Part shown: piece after piece, positions 13,368-25,982 of the stretch
Position numbering within the stretch: position 1 is the first letter of the stretch
Layout of the letters: the number at the start of each line of letters is the position of its first letter
From: the human T2T-CHM13v2.0 reference genome, Homo sapiens
Length of the DNA stretch: 64,000 nt
NCBI RefSeq assembly: GCF_009914755.1
Contig: NC_060932.1
Reading direction: 5' to 3' (one strand)
The notes under the pieces: generated by a model
Told to the model about the DNA's origin: nothing
Databases searched by the model: none
The model's input: the letters and a program-made list of their open reading frames with translations, nothing else
Program-made: the position numbers and the translations under genes

Positions 13368-13939
13368 GTAAGACTTGATCTATTCTTTGACGTATCTTAG
13401 TAAATGACTCTTGTGTTGTCCCATCAGCCAATCTAATGAATGTGTTTGATAAACAACAGGAAAATAATATGCTATTTTAAATTATATCTTATAAATTTAA
13501 AAATGTATATGTTTTGCTTCAGACTCTAATAGATTGAAGAATTCACATTTGGTGAATGTTACTCTTATATTTTAGACATTATACTTTTATAAAGAAATTT
13601 GAAACATCAGAACATGGGAGATAGCAGCCATTCAGAAGTTTAAAATTTAAGAATAACTCCCAAGCAGTGAAAAAGTTTTTGTCAATGCGAATTATCTGTT
13701 CTTGATCTCTCAGAATTTTATGAAAGTTTGCTGCCTTATTTGAATTTTTCAGTGGTAATTCTTCAGACATTTCTTAATTATTTTAGTTTAGAAACTATTT
13801 CAAATTTAGAAACTATGGACACATTAATTGATATAGTTAATAATAGGTTTAAATAAGGGTATATCTGTCTATAATGGTTTTAGAATTGAGGACAGGGATA
13901 TATATACCAGATAAGAACTAGCAGGCAGTAAGCAGTGGT

Positions 13940-14140
13940 GGTAATGACCATAGGCTTTGAGGTAGACAAACCTGGGTTTGAATTCTACCTCTACCACTTT
14001 CTAGCTGTATACTTTGGCCACGTTATATGAACTTTCTCACCATAGTTTCTTTGCTTGTAACTTAGAGACTTCAGTAAGGTACAAAGTGAAAATCCATGTA
14101 TAGTACTTGGCGCATAGTAAGTACTCTATAAGTGATAGCT
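13940..14140. mobile_element. MIR fragment
   Basis: CCTGGGTTTGAATTCTACCTCTACCACTTTCTAGCTG MIR core. Confidence 0.6.
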
Positions 14141-14669
14141 TTTACCGTTAATTCATATTCTCATATTAACGTGGTTACATAACATAATTTAGAGGGAATG
14201 TTTGATACATTACTCTTCAGCCTATTTCCATAGCGCTTTCAGCAAATGGAAGCCTACATGTTTTGGAATTCTTCATTTTATAATAAAACCGAAAAGTTCA
14301 TCATTTTAAGGGAGACTAACCTAAGTCTAAGAAAATTTGTAAGATTATTATTCATAGATTTTGAAATAAGGAGGGCATCTTATATATTCCAAATATTTGA
14401 AAATGCTGTAGAGGTTGAACAAAACATTTTTTGCTTTTCCTCTGAGTACACGAGGTCTAAGTGGTTGAAGAGAGAGAATTGGTATAGGCTATCAGATTAG
14501 GATATATAAAAATGGGTATTGGTTTAATACAGTAAGTTGGTTCCAGGCATGGTAGTCTTTGCTATGTATTAAAGCTATCAATTTCTCACAGAAAATTGAA
14601 CTAGAAACATTTTTATTTCTGGTATCATTTTAAATCATAACTCCTTTGGGAAGCAAATAGGTTAATAAG

Positions 14670-14900
14670 AAGCAGGTCATAAAGATGTTTGTCCTGACTT
14701 GGGTTCAACTTTTGGCTCTGCCATGTAGTAGGTTTAAGACTTTGGACAGGTTACTTAACACTCCTGATCTTTGTTTTCTTCATTTGTGAAAAGGCAGTAT
14801 AATGATACACCTTGAAGGGCTGTTAGGATTAAATAAGAGATTTATGAAGTAGCTAGCACAATGCATCATACGCAATAGGTGATTCACAAATATTAATTCT
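14670..14900. mobile_element. MIR
   Basis: MIR core GGTTACTTAAC..TTTCTTCATTTGTGAAA..GGATTAAATAAGA. Confidence 0.6.
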
Positions 14901-15280
14901 ACTCCAAATTCCATTTCTAAATCATCTAAAGGGAAGTACTAGAAACACCATGTATTTGCTCCAGTGAATTTGCATCCCTCATTGTAGGTTCATGGGGCAT
15001 TCATTCATAGTGATAGCATGATAGGCTCTCTCTGACTTCTCAAATATGCACAAGTAGTCTAGATATTTCAGTGACAATGGGGTTGCCTCTGTTTGAATTT
15101 CAGACACTGACATTCTGGGGAGAGCACCTAAGTGAGTAATAGTTTCTAAGAGAAGGCTCTAATGACTTGAAGTAATGTTGGGAATAGTTGCATATTGCAT
15201 GTTTATCGTATCAGGACAGTGATGCCACTGACAGAAAGAATAATCAAACACAGTTTGAGAGTGTAACGTTTCTTTAATAG

Positions 15281-15347
15281 CAAATGACGTGGAAACTCAG
15301 CAGACAACACTGCCTGCTCAGTGCTGCTGATGACTCTCCACCTCCAT
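15281..15347 (-). ncRNA. MIR4288: Annotated microRNA precursor MIR4288 (antisense in FZD3 intron 3)
   Basis: GGAAACTCAGCAGACAA (15291-15307) is the reverse complement of the recalled mature miR-4288 UUGUCUGCUGAGUUUCC; short stem AGCAGGCA/UGUCUGCU. Confidence 0.75.
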
Positions 15348-15510
15348 CCCTCTACTGATCCAGGAACCAGCTTAGCAGGCACAAGTAATTGGAGCAAACC
15401 CAGCACACTCTTGAGTGTTTGCTGTGAGACTGAATGAATTCAAAGACAGTTTCCTAGGTGTAGCATCTTTCAGCAGGCCCCAGGCTTTAAGCCTGCCTAG
15501 AGTCCATTCC

Positions 15511-15814
15511 TTTTTTCTTTTTTTATTTTTTTTTGAGACATGGTCTCACTCTGTGGCCCACACTGGAGTGCTGTTGTGCAATCATGGCTCACCACAGCCT
15601 CAACCTCCCAGGCTCAGGTGATCCTCTGCCTCAGCCTCCCAAGTAGCTGGGACTACAGGTGTGTGCCGCCACCCCTGGCTAATTTTTTTGTATTTTTTTA
15701 GAGACAAGGTTTTGCCATGTTGCCCAGGCTGATCTCGAACTCCTGGGCTGAAGCGATCCACCCACTTGGGCCTCCCAAAGTGCTGGATTATAGGCATGAG
15801 CCACCGCGCCTGGC
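15511..15814 (-). mobile_element. Alu (AluJ-like)
   Basis: Antisense Alu; TSD GAGTCCATTCCTTT on both sides. Confidence 0.92.
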
Positions 15815-18063
15815 TGGAGTCCATTCCTTTACTGTTTTGTGAGTTAAAAGGAGTGCCTGGAACACAATGGTATGTGGGCAGTAAGCTAGATTAGCCACAA
15901 ATAGGAGAAAGAGCAGAATCTGGGTTATTTTAAGTTTTATTCACAATCAACAAGTTGGATCTTCTTACATTGTGTCTACAGGGTACATACTCTGTACTTT
16001 TATTGAGATTGGGACATGTTTAAATAGATAAGTGTCAATCCATTAAGTTAGAAAAGAAGGTTCTTGCTAATATGTTTATTTCTTTATCTCTGCCTTCCAA
16101 AACGTGCACATCAATATGCAAACACACATGCTACGTTTTTCTAAGTTGTTAACTTGACGTTCTCTTTTCCCCTGTGTATGAGTAGCTTTTGATAGGAAAA
16201 AAATGCTCACTTCTGAGCCTTCCAAACCATTTTGAGCTGTCCAAATTGCTAAGTAAATTTTTGGGAACTGTTCAGCATGGAGCAATAATCAACAAATGTC
16301 AGTAGCAATCTTTACTGAGCCACCTATTATCAGGTATTTACGACTCTAGTGGTAATAAAAGAGATCTGGGCAGGCTTTTCCTCATACTGAATAATTGAAC
16401 CAAATTGGCTAGGACGGGAACAGATTAGTGGAAGAAGCACTAGAATAGGGATAGGAGACTTGTATTCTGTCACTAACTAGGTTTGAGACCTCTTTGTGTT
16501 GATTTCCAATAGGAAGTAAATTTTTTTCCTGCCATTTTATAGGGTTATTGTTAAGATCAAGTGAGATAAGTGGCATTTATGTTAAAGAATTTTGAAAAGT
16601 TAAAGTGCTGTGTGAATACAGAGCATTCTTCTTTGTTGCCTGTCACCCTGTTTTTTCATTTCAGTTAGTGTGTGGAACGAGCAATCTTTAATCTCTTTGG
16701 GAGGTTGATTGCTTGCCCCTCCCCACCCCATATATAGAGGAAAGTAGGCCTCTCTATAGGATAATCAGAGGAAAAACTCCTGGAATGGTTTGTGTTTGCC
16801 TCCGTTTCCTGTTTTCCTTTGTCATTCTCATTAAAGATTTTTTTATGATTTAAGGTTTTCTTATAATGGGAGCATGGAAAGCTGGCAGTGAAATAATCCT
16901 AGTAGGAACACAGAGCCTAAAAGCCTGAACATCCTGTATCTTTTATGGTTCATTAAGAACAGAGTATGTTTCAACCAGTCTCTCAGTTATCCAAACTCAA
17001 ATTTGAGCTTTTTACTAAAAAACTTTATTATGGAAATTTCCATTATATACAAATAGAATAATATAATGAAGTGCCATGTATCCAGCATCCAGCCTTAAAC
17101 ATTACCAACTCATAGCTAGTCTTGTTTCATTATCACTGCATGCCCTTCTGGGTCACCTTGAAACAAATTTCGTATATCAAAATTTCATCCATAAATATTT
17201 TGTTATATACCTCCGAAAAGTAAGGTATCTTTCAAAATATATGAACACAATACCTTTATTCCTTTATCAGTGTCAAGTATCAAATTAATGTTCAAATTAC
17301 TCTTGCATATTTCACAATTTTTTTTCATACTGGCTTTTTCTAATCAGGGTTCATACATTGCATCCAATTGATATGTCTCTTAAGTCTGTTTTAATTTATA
17401 GGTTTTCCTTTCCTGTTCCCCTTTTTTCTTGTGATATATTTATCTTATAGAGTTTCCCATAGTCTTTATTTTGCTGATTGCATCCCTGTGGTGTTGTTTA
17501 CCGTGTCTCTGTCTCATTTATTTTTGTAAACAGGCACTGTAGAGGCTTGATTAGACACGAGTTTGGTTTTTTATTGTTGTTTTGGAAGGAATACTTCATA
17601 GGTAGCTAACATACTCCTGCCAGGAGCACATAATATTAAGTTGTTACTCTTTTTATAAATGTTAGCAGCCATTGATGATTTCCTAGACCAATAGTTTTGT
17701 TAGGGGTTTGCAAAATGGTGATACTCTAATTCTGTCACCCTTTCTTCATTTCTTAGCTGGAATATTTGGAAACTTCTCATTGACTATTGGATTACTTTCA
17801 TATACAGTTTATATAAGAAAGATAGGATAAGTGCTTGCATGTTCCCCCGTTATTAGTTTTTAGAATAATTAGTTGATTCCCAAGCATCCATCAAAGGTGA
17901 CCAGTGAGGGTTTTTGTTTTTTTTTTGGTTTAAGTTTCATTGTGAACTCAAGGATTTTTTTTTTTTTTAACATATTTGATGTTTTAAATCTATCACAGTG
18001 ATTATTGAGGCTCAAAATATTCCATCTTTGGTAGTGGGAGCCTCTACATGGTAGCTCCTGAGT

Positions 18064-18359
18064 GTTTTGTTTTTGACACAAGGTCTTGCTCTGTCACCCA
18101 GGCTGGAGTGCAGTGGAGCAATCATAGCTCACTGTAGCCTGAAGCTCCTAAGCTCAAACAATCCCCCTACCTCAGCCTCCAAAGTAGGTTCTACAGGTAC
18201 ATGCCATCATGCCTGGCTAATTTTAAAGAACTTTTTTTTTGTAGAGGCAAGATCTCACTATGTTGCCCAGGCTGGTCTTGAACTCTTGGCCTGAAGCTAT
18301 CCTCCTGCCTTGGCTTCCCAAAGCACTGGGATTACAGGCATGAGCCACTGCGCCTGGCC
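18064..18359 (-). mobile_element. AluJ
   Basis: Antisense Alu with J diagnostics (ATCATAGCTCACTGTAGCC). Confidence 0.9.
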
Positions 18360-18671
18360 CTCTTTAGTGTTTTTGACACCACCCTAGTGGTGTTTAACAG
18401 TTTCTTTTCTTTCTGGTGTGATTCAAGCTCGCTTCATAAAATTCCGCGTCAAACTCTGAATCATCAATTTCTTTAGGAAGCTCTGGTTCCTTTTATTTGG
18501 AAATGATGCTTAAGAGATCACTATCTGGGTGCTAAGCCTAGTGATACTAAGTCATTTTTAGGCCTTTTCATGAACACAGCTAGGGAATACTTTTTTTTTT
18601 TTTTTTTTTTTAAGGGAAAGTCCATCATGAGTTTATACTGATACTTGCGATTCAAGTAATATTGCAGGGTG

Positions 18672-18989
18672 TTGTTTGTTTTTGAGACAGGGCCTGGCTT
18701 TGTCACCCAGGCTGTAGTGTAGTGGCACGATCACAGCTCACTGCAGTCCTAATCTCCCGGGCTCAGTTAATCCTCCTACCTCAGCCTCCTGAGTAGCTGG
18801 GACTACAGGTGTATGCCACCATGCCTGGCTAATTTTTGTGTTTTTTGTTTGTTTGTTTGTTTGTTTGTTTGTAGAGACAGGGTTTCACCATGTTGCCAAG
18901 TTGAGTCTCAAACTTTTGTTCTCAAGCGATCCACCTGCCTTGGCCTACCAAAGTGCTGGAATTACAGATGTGAACCACCATGCCTGGCC
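18672..18989 (-). mobile_element. AluJ
   Basis: Antisense Alu with (GTTT)n-expanded middle linker. Confidence 0.9.
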
Positions 18990-19127
18990 ATGGATTTTAT
19001 TTAGCATCTTTAAATTCATTTTTGTTTCTCTACTCTCTTATCCTCAAATTTATTATACACATACATTGTATAGTTTCAGAATAATATTAGCAATATTTTT
19101 ACTAACAATGATTACAGCAAGCAGTTT

Positions 19128-19199
19128 AAGATTTCTTTATACTTCTTTTTGTCCTTTAGGGACAAAGATTTCTTTATACTTCTTTTTGTCCTTTAGGGA
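19128..19199. repeat. Perfect 35-bp direct duplication
   Basis: AAGATTTCTTTATACTTCTTTTTGTCCTTTAGGGA at 19128-19162 and 19165-19199. Confidence 0.9.
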
Positions 19200-20816
19200 T
19201 GTATATCAGCAAGGATGTACAATCAAATTATTGTGTTTTAAGTCACTGAAATATTTTTTCTTCATGTGGTTAAACACAATACACAGTTAGGTTCATATGT
19301 TTTATTTTGATTTTGAGGAATGACTTTAATTTTTTAATTTAAATTTATTTTATAATTATACTTCAAGGTACATTCAGAGAACTCTAGTTTCTATCCCTCT
19401 GTCACCTCTATCTTATTTTTTCCTTCCACCTAAAGGCAGTCATTTTTTAAAAGTTTTTATCCTTCCATTTAAAAACCTTAAATATAACACTTATATAAAA
19501 TATTTATATATCTATATTCTTTCACCTTTTTTGATACAGTTATAACGTTTGTTTTCCCCACACTGGTTTTTTTTTCCACTTAATATATTTCAGATATTTC
19601 ATAGTAGCATTTATAGATATTCCTCATTTTAAAATTTTTAAAAATTGTGGTAAGATATGCATAATACATTTAAGTAACATAATTACAATTCCATCTCCAG
19701 AGTTTTCTCTTCTTCCAGAATTGAAAATCTACACTCATTAAATAACAAATCAGTCCTCATTTTTTCTTCTCCCTAGTCCCTGGCAACTACCGTTTTACTT
19801 TCTTTGCCTCTGAAGTTGACCACTCTATGTATTTCGTATAAGAGGAATCACACAGTATTTGCCCTTTTGCGACTGGCTTATTTTATTTAGCATAACGTCC
19901 TCAAGGTTCATCAATGTATCATGTGTTGGAATTTTCTTATTTTTTTAAGGCTGAATAGTATTCCATTGTAGGTATATAACACATTTGGCTTATCCATTTA
20001 TCCATCAGTGGACACTTGGGTTGTTTCTACCATTGGAGTATTATGAATAGTGTTGCTATGAATATAAATGTACAATCTGAGTTCCTGCTTTAAATTATTT
20101 GGGGTTTGTAGTCAGAAGTGGAATTGCTGGGTCATATGTTAATTCCATGTTTAATTTTTTGAAGAACTGTCAAAGTGTTTTCCATATGGTGGTACCATTT
20201 TACATTTCCACCAGTAATACACAAGATTCCAATTTCTCCACATCTTGGCTAACACTAGGTATTTTCTGTTTTTTTTGTTTTTGTTTTTTTGTTTTTTGTT
20301 TTTAATAATAGCTGTCTTCAGGAGTATGATGACATGATCCTTATTTTTTTATAGCTAAATTTTACTCCATTGTATTGGATATACAGTATTATTCAATGTC
20401 TGTTGATGGACACAGGAAACAACTGTGTTTCTGGTCTTTTACTGTTACAATGTTGCAAGTGTGTTTTCACATTTTGACTAGTGTATTTTTGGGATAGGTT
20501 CCTAGAAGTATAAATGTATGTGTTACTTTCCTTGATATTGCCAGACCTCTCTATAGGGGTTGTACTATTTTGCATTCCCACTAGTAATGTGTGAGAGTAT
20601 CTGTTTCTTCACAGCTTTACCAAAATAATATGTTGTCATGTTTGTTTGTTTTAAACCAGTATGATAGGTGGGAAATGGTGTCTCAATGATTTTCATCACC
20701 TACTTTACAGAGACAGAAACACCTTCATAATTATTGATACATGAGGGTTCTTAATACCAGCAAGAGTATGAAATTCAGAGACAAAGCAGTTCAAGCCCAA
20801 GTTTTGCTACTTATCA

Positions 20817-21668
<852 letters not shown>

Positions 21669-22652
21669 AAAATAACAGTGCCAATCCTTGCCTAGAGGAT
21701 CAAATCCAAAGCATAATAGACTTTCACAAATTGGCTTCTACTTACTTAGCATTCCTTAAGTCTATCAACTCTGTAAATGCCATCTCTGCCTGGAAGGCTC
21801 TTGTAGTATCCCCTTTGGTAATATCTTAATTTTCAAGGCGTGGTGTGGATGTTATTTCCTTAAGAAATCTGGGATGCCTAGAAGTTAGTGACTCTCTTCT
21901 CCATACTCACCAGTGTGTTTTATATGTACCTCTATTTTTGTGTGTATATTATTATGTTGGAATTGTTCACGTTTTTATTCCTTCTGCTAGAATTTAACCC
22001 CTTCAAAGTAGAGCTTGTCTTTATTCATCTTTGTATGCCCAGTACCCGACACAGAACCTCACACATAGTAACTGCTAAATAAATGTTTGAATTAATTCAT
22101 GAACTTTATAAACCCTAAATCCCTTAGAGGTGGCAGTAGTAATTGATTTTTGTTTTAGTGCTATACCTAAGCTCTTAATCTCCTAGGGTTATAAATAGTT
22201 CTGTGGTTGGTGGGGATGGTGATGGTAATTCCAGTACCAAGGTTACCACATACTTTTGAATACTAGTATTTTACTTTTCTTTTTTTCTTTTTCTATTTTT
22301 TGGGTGGTAGGGGACAGAGTGTCAAAGTGACTTGAATTCAACATTATGTGTTTGTACTTATAAGTGGTGTAATTAAGCAAAGAAAGCAACACAGCTTTCT
22401 CATTTCTAGGCCTTTCATGTTTCTTCTGCATGCATATTCTCCATCTTTGCTTATCAAAATTCTGTTGTACTTGATCCATTGTTAGGTTGAAAAAATAAAG
22501 TAAGGTAGATAGCAAAACATTAGTATGGTATCATCCTGGTTTGGTTGAAAAACATATATGCATGTTCATTCAGAGTGAGTGATCGGGTGGAATTTTCACC
22601 AGGACCAACATTGGTTGTTCCTGAATTAGTAGTTTGTGTTTTCTGTTCTTCA

Positions 22653-22695
22653 TTTTTTTTTTTAATTATACTTTAAGTTCTAGGGTACATGTGCA
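22653..22695 (-). mobile_element. Extremely 5'-truncated L1PA insertion
   Basis: Poly-T + AATTATACTTTAAGTTCTAGGGTACATGTGCA (antisense L1PA 3' terminus), flanked by TTTTCTGTT repeats. Confidence 0.8.
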
Positions 22696-23956
22696 TTTTC
22701 TGTTTTTTCTGTAAGGAACACATTATGCTTTTAAAATAGTAAAACTAGTAAAGAAATTTTATTTTTAAAAAATTTCAACTGTCCTTTTTTGCTCAGCTCC
22801 TGGTGCAGGGTCTAAGATTTAGTATTTATTAAATATATTTTGATTGGATAAGTACAATATAGGGAAGAACTTGGTAAATACCGCAAAAAAGCAAAGTGCT
22901 AAGGTGATTCAAAGAGAGAATATGTTGAAGGAGTCATGGAAGGCTTCAAATTGCAGATGGTATTTAAATGAACTTTGAAAGACAAATTTTTTTACTGTGG
23001 TTTTTATTTTAAGAGAATAGTATAATGTACACCCATATAACAATAATTATTAACATTTTATGGATAGGCTTTTTAGAAAATGAAACTTCTTTTACTACAT
23101 TTATAGAATTCATGGTGTTAATCTTTAGAATACATGCATTATCAAACATTTACTTTATTATTTTTTGTTGAGATTAATATTAATAAGGTGGTTTTCCCTA
23201 AACAAACATCTAGCAAAGTGGCCTAAGAAGCCTGGTGTGAGGAGAAACCAGCCAGGAATTAAACGTCTAAATACAAGTAGTAGATAATTGCATTTAGTCA
23301 TTTCAGACTTTAGGACAAAAAAATAGCAGCTTCTGAAATTTTTAATTTATTTTCTTGTGTGACAGATCACTATAAAGTGATTTACTTGTCTTAAATTATT
23401 AAATACATTGGAATTTGGTTTGTAAAGCTTTATCTTTTGAGACTTAATTCAGAACTGTCCATGATATTGGAAATATTAAAAGTTTACTTCCTATAGGAAA
23501 GTCAGATTTATGGACCTCTCTGGGAACTCTGCTTTGACTTGTGAAAACACATATTCTTCCGTGATAATGAGAAATTTCTGTAAAAAACTCACTGAAAAAG
23601 TATTGGAAGGTATTTAATATGCTATCACAGAACATTTTTAAAAATTAAGGTTTGAACAGGAAAATAAACCTATGGGATTAAAGGCGTTTTTACAAACCTA
23701 AAGTTTTTTGTTTTTTTATTTAATACAAAATAATTCTTAAAGTTTGGACCTTTTCTCATTAGGCATTTTATTGTTACAGAAAGGGGATTTTTAAAAGGTG
23801 TCATTTTTAGTCACAGTTATTCTGAAAAGTTGTTTTTGAATAATTTCTCATTCTAAGGGATCTGAAATAGCCATTTTTAAATTTTCAAGACCATTCCACA
23901 TTTGGTTTTATGTTTAATGAATTTAGTCATAATACTCCCAAACCCCATAGGGTACA

Positions 23957-24220
23957 GTTTCTATGGTTACCAGACCCTTTGTAGAGTGACAAAGGTTGGA
24001 ATTCTGATTCTCGTGAGTCAAATTTTGGCCTTTGACTGGGTCCCCTCTGCACATCCTTGCTAAGCTTGGGCTGTTGCTATGCTTGAAGGCTTGTCAGCTA
24101 GCAGGTTCCTATGGTAACAGGAATGGAAATTTGAAAGAAGAAAGAGAATGGTAGCACAAAGGCTTGGTTGATTTGAATTTGAACAAAGAATGGAAGGTTC
24201 CCTGTAGTGCACCTTTGTTG
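23957..24220. promoter_or_regulatory. Candidate intronic enhancer (RFX X-box and SOX/TCF-like motifs)
   Basis: X-box-like GTTTCTATGGTTAC 23957-23970 and GTTCCTATGGTAAC 24105-24118, half-site GTTGCTATG 24073; several ACAAAG/CTTTGT motifs; not an obvious repeat. Confidence 0.45.
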
Positions 24221-24534
24221 TAGAAACCAGAAATTTAATTTTAGAAAGTTACTTTCCAGTTGTAAACTTCCTATACCCTGGTCTTGATTTAGTGAACAAA
24301 AGTATTATGGTTTAGGGAAGTACTCAATAAGAATCTTTATAATTCAGTTAGCTAAAGTTCCTTTTCTAGACTTCATAGAGCTTTCATAGTATTTCTTATG
24401 TTATACATTTGTTCTCAGATTTTTAGTGTTCAGGCTACCTCATTTAATTTTGATTTTGCTGAGGTCAAAAATTGTTAAGGATAAAAAAAAAATCAGGGCA
24501 ATTTGCTTATTTGAAAAATATTAATATTTGTATT

Positions 24535-24900
24535 TGTTTTTATGTAACAGCTTTATTGAGATATAATGTGAGTACAGTAAACTGCCCTCATATAAAGCAT
24601 TCAGTTTGATGAGTTTTGACAGATCCTGTGAAACCATCACCACAGTCAAGATACAGAGCATTTCCATCACCTGAAAAGCTTTCTTGTGCTGCTTTGTAGT
24701 CACCCCGCTCTCTACTGCCTGCTCCAAGCAACACTGATCTGCTTTCTTTCATTATGGATTAGTTTCCATTTTCTAGAGTTTTGTATAAATAGAATCATGC
24801 CGTATCTACTTCTTTAGGTCTGGTTTCTTTCACTCAGTATAATGATTTTGAGATTCATCTGTGTTTTGTTTTGCTTTTTAAAAACTTCATTCCTGTTTTA
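24535..24900 (-). mobile_element. L1M 3' end fragment
   Basis: AACAGCTTTATTGAGATATAAT...CATTTCCATCACC L1MB/ME-type terminus. Confidence 0.7.
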
Positions 24901-25029
24901 AAAACTGTCTCACTTGGCAGTTGAGAACAGAGAATTTAGCAGGGTTCCTCCTTATGCCCACCAAGTAGGCCTGCTACAGCTCTATTAACTTGCACCTATT
25001 CCCCAATCCCTTTCAAGCTATCATTTATT

Positions 25030-25370
25030 AATTGTGTTCTGTATGCTAACTTTATCTTTTTACTTATGGGTTATTAAGACCATTTTACAGAAGAGGAAAC
25101 TGAAGCGTAGAGAGATTTAAGTACAACAAATTTGTTAAATGCAAGGGCTCTGGATAAGAATGCCAAGATTTGCCTTAATCTTGGGTCTGTCTTTGTAGTT
25201 GTGTGATGTTGGATAAGTTACTTCGTTTTCTGTATCTCGTTTTCTTCACATGTATTGTAAAATGAGTTCATAATAATGGTACTTACCTTATAGGATTGTT
25301 GTGAAGGTTAAATGAGATAATATGTGTAAGGCATTTTGAACAGTGCTTGTGTTAGCATTGGAATGTATCC
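25030..25370. mobile_element. MIR fragments
   Basis: CATTTTACAGAAGAGGAAACTGA and TAAAATGAG..GGATTGTTGTGAAGGTTAAATGAGATAAT. Confidence 0.65.
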
Positions 25371-25391
25371 AAGTCACACAGCACCAAAGTA

Positions 25392-25982
25392 TGTTACCAG
25401 TGGCAGTGAATCCATACGGGTCTGCAGCAACCTCAGTTCTTGTCTCCTCAGAAGAATTCAACTGAGGGACGTAAGGCAGAGTCTCGGGAGACTGAGACAA
25501 GTTTTAGAGCAGGAGTGAAAGTTCAGTAAAAAGCTTTAGGGCAGGAACGAAAGGAAGTAAAGTACACTTGGAAGAAGGCCAAGCGGGTGACTTGAGAGAT
25601 CAAGTGCACGGTTTGATTTGACTTATGGTTTTATATGTTGGCATACTTCTGTGTCTTCTCTCCTGAGTCTTCCCCTGGGGTGGGCTGTCCGCATGCGCAG
25701 TAGCCTGCTAGCACTTGGGAAGGGGCTGCATGTACAGTGTGTTTACTGGAGTTGTATGCATGCTCACTTGACGCATTCCTTCCTTACCAGTCTAGCCTTC
25801 CTAGAGGAAGGTCATACACCAGTAAAACGCTGCTGTTTTGCCTCTTAGCATGTTTGAGCCCACTCCCTCAGCTCCTGAGATCTTATCAGGAAGCTGCTGA
25901 TCACCAATTTCAGGTTTTTCTTATCTGTTGGGAGACTGCCTTTCCCTGGCATCAGCTGAAACCAATTATTATTTTAGAGAGG
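25392..25982 (-). mobile_element. ERV1 (MER4-group, MER51-like) LTR, truncated
   Basis: TGTTACC terminus, GGGTCTGCAGCAACCTCAGTTCTTG..., GCGCATGCGCAG-type segment; ends abruptly at an L1 fragment. Confidence 0.7.

Larger units (their letters stand above)
17020..20700 (-). mobile_element. Old L1M fragments interrupted by Alus
   Basis: L1M 3' motifs (GGAATCACACAGTATTTG, GCTGAATAGTATTCCATTGT, GGACACTTGGGTTGTTTC). Confidence 0.65.
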
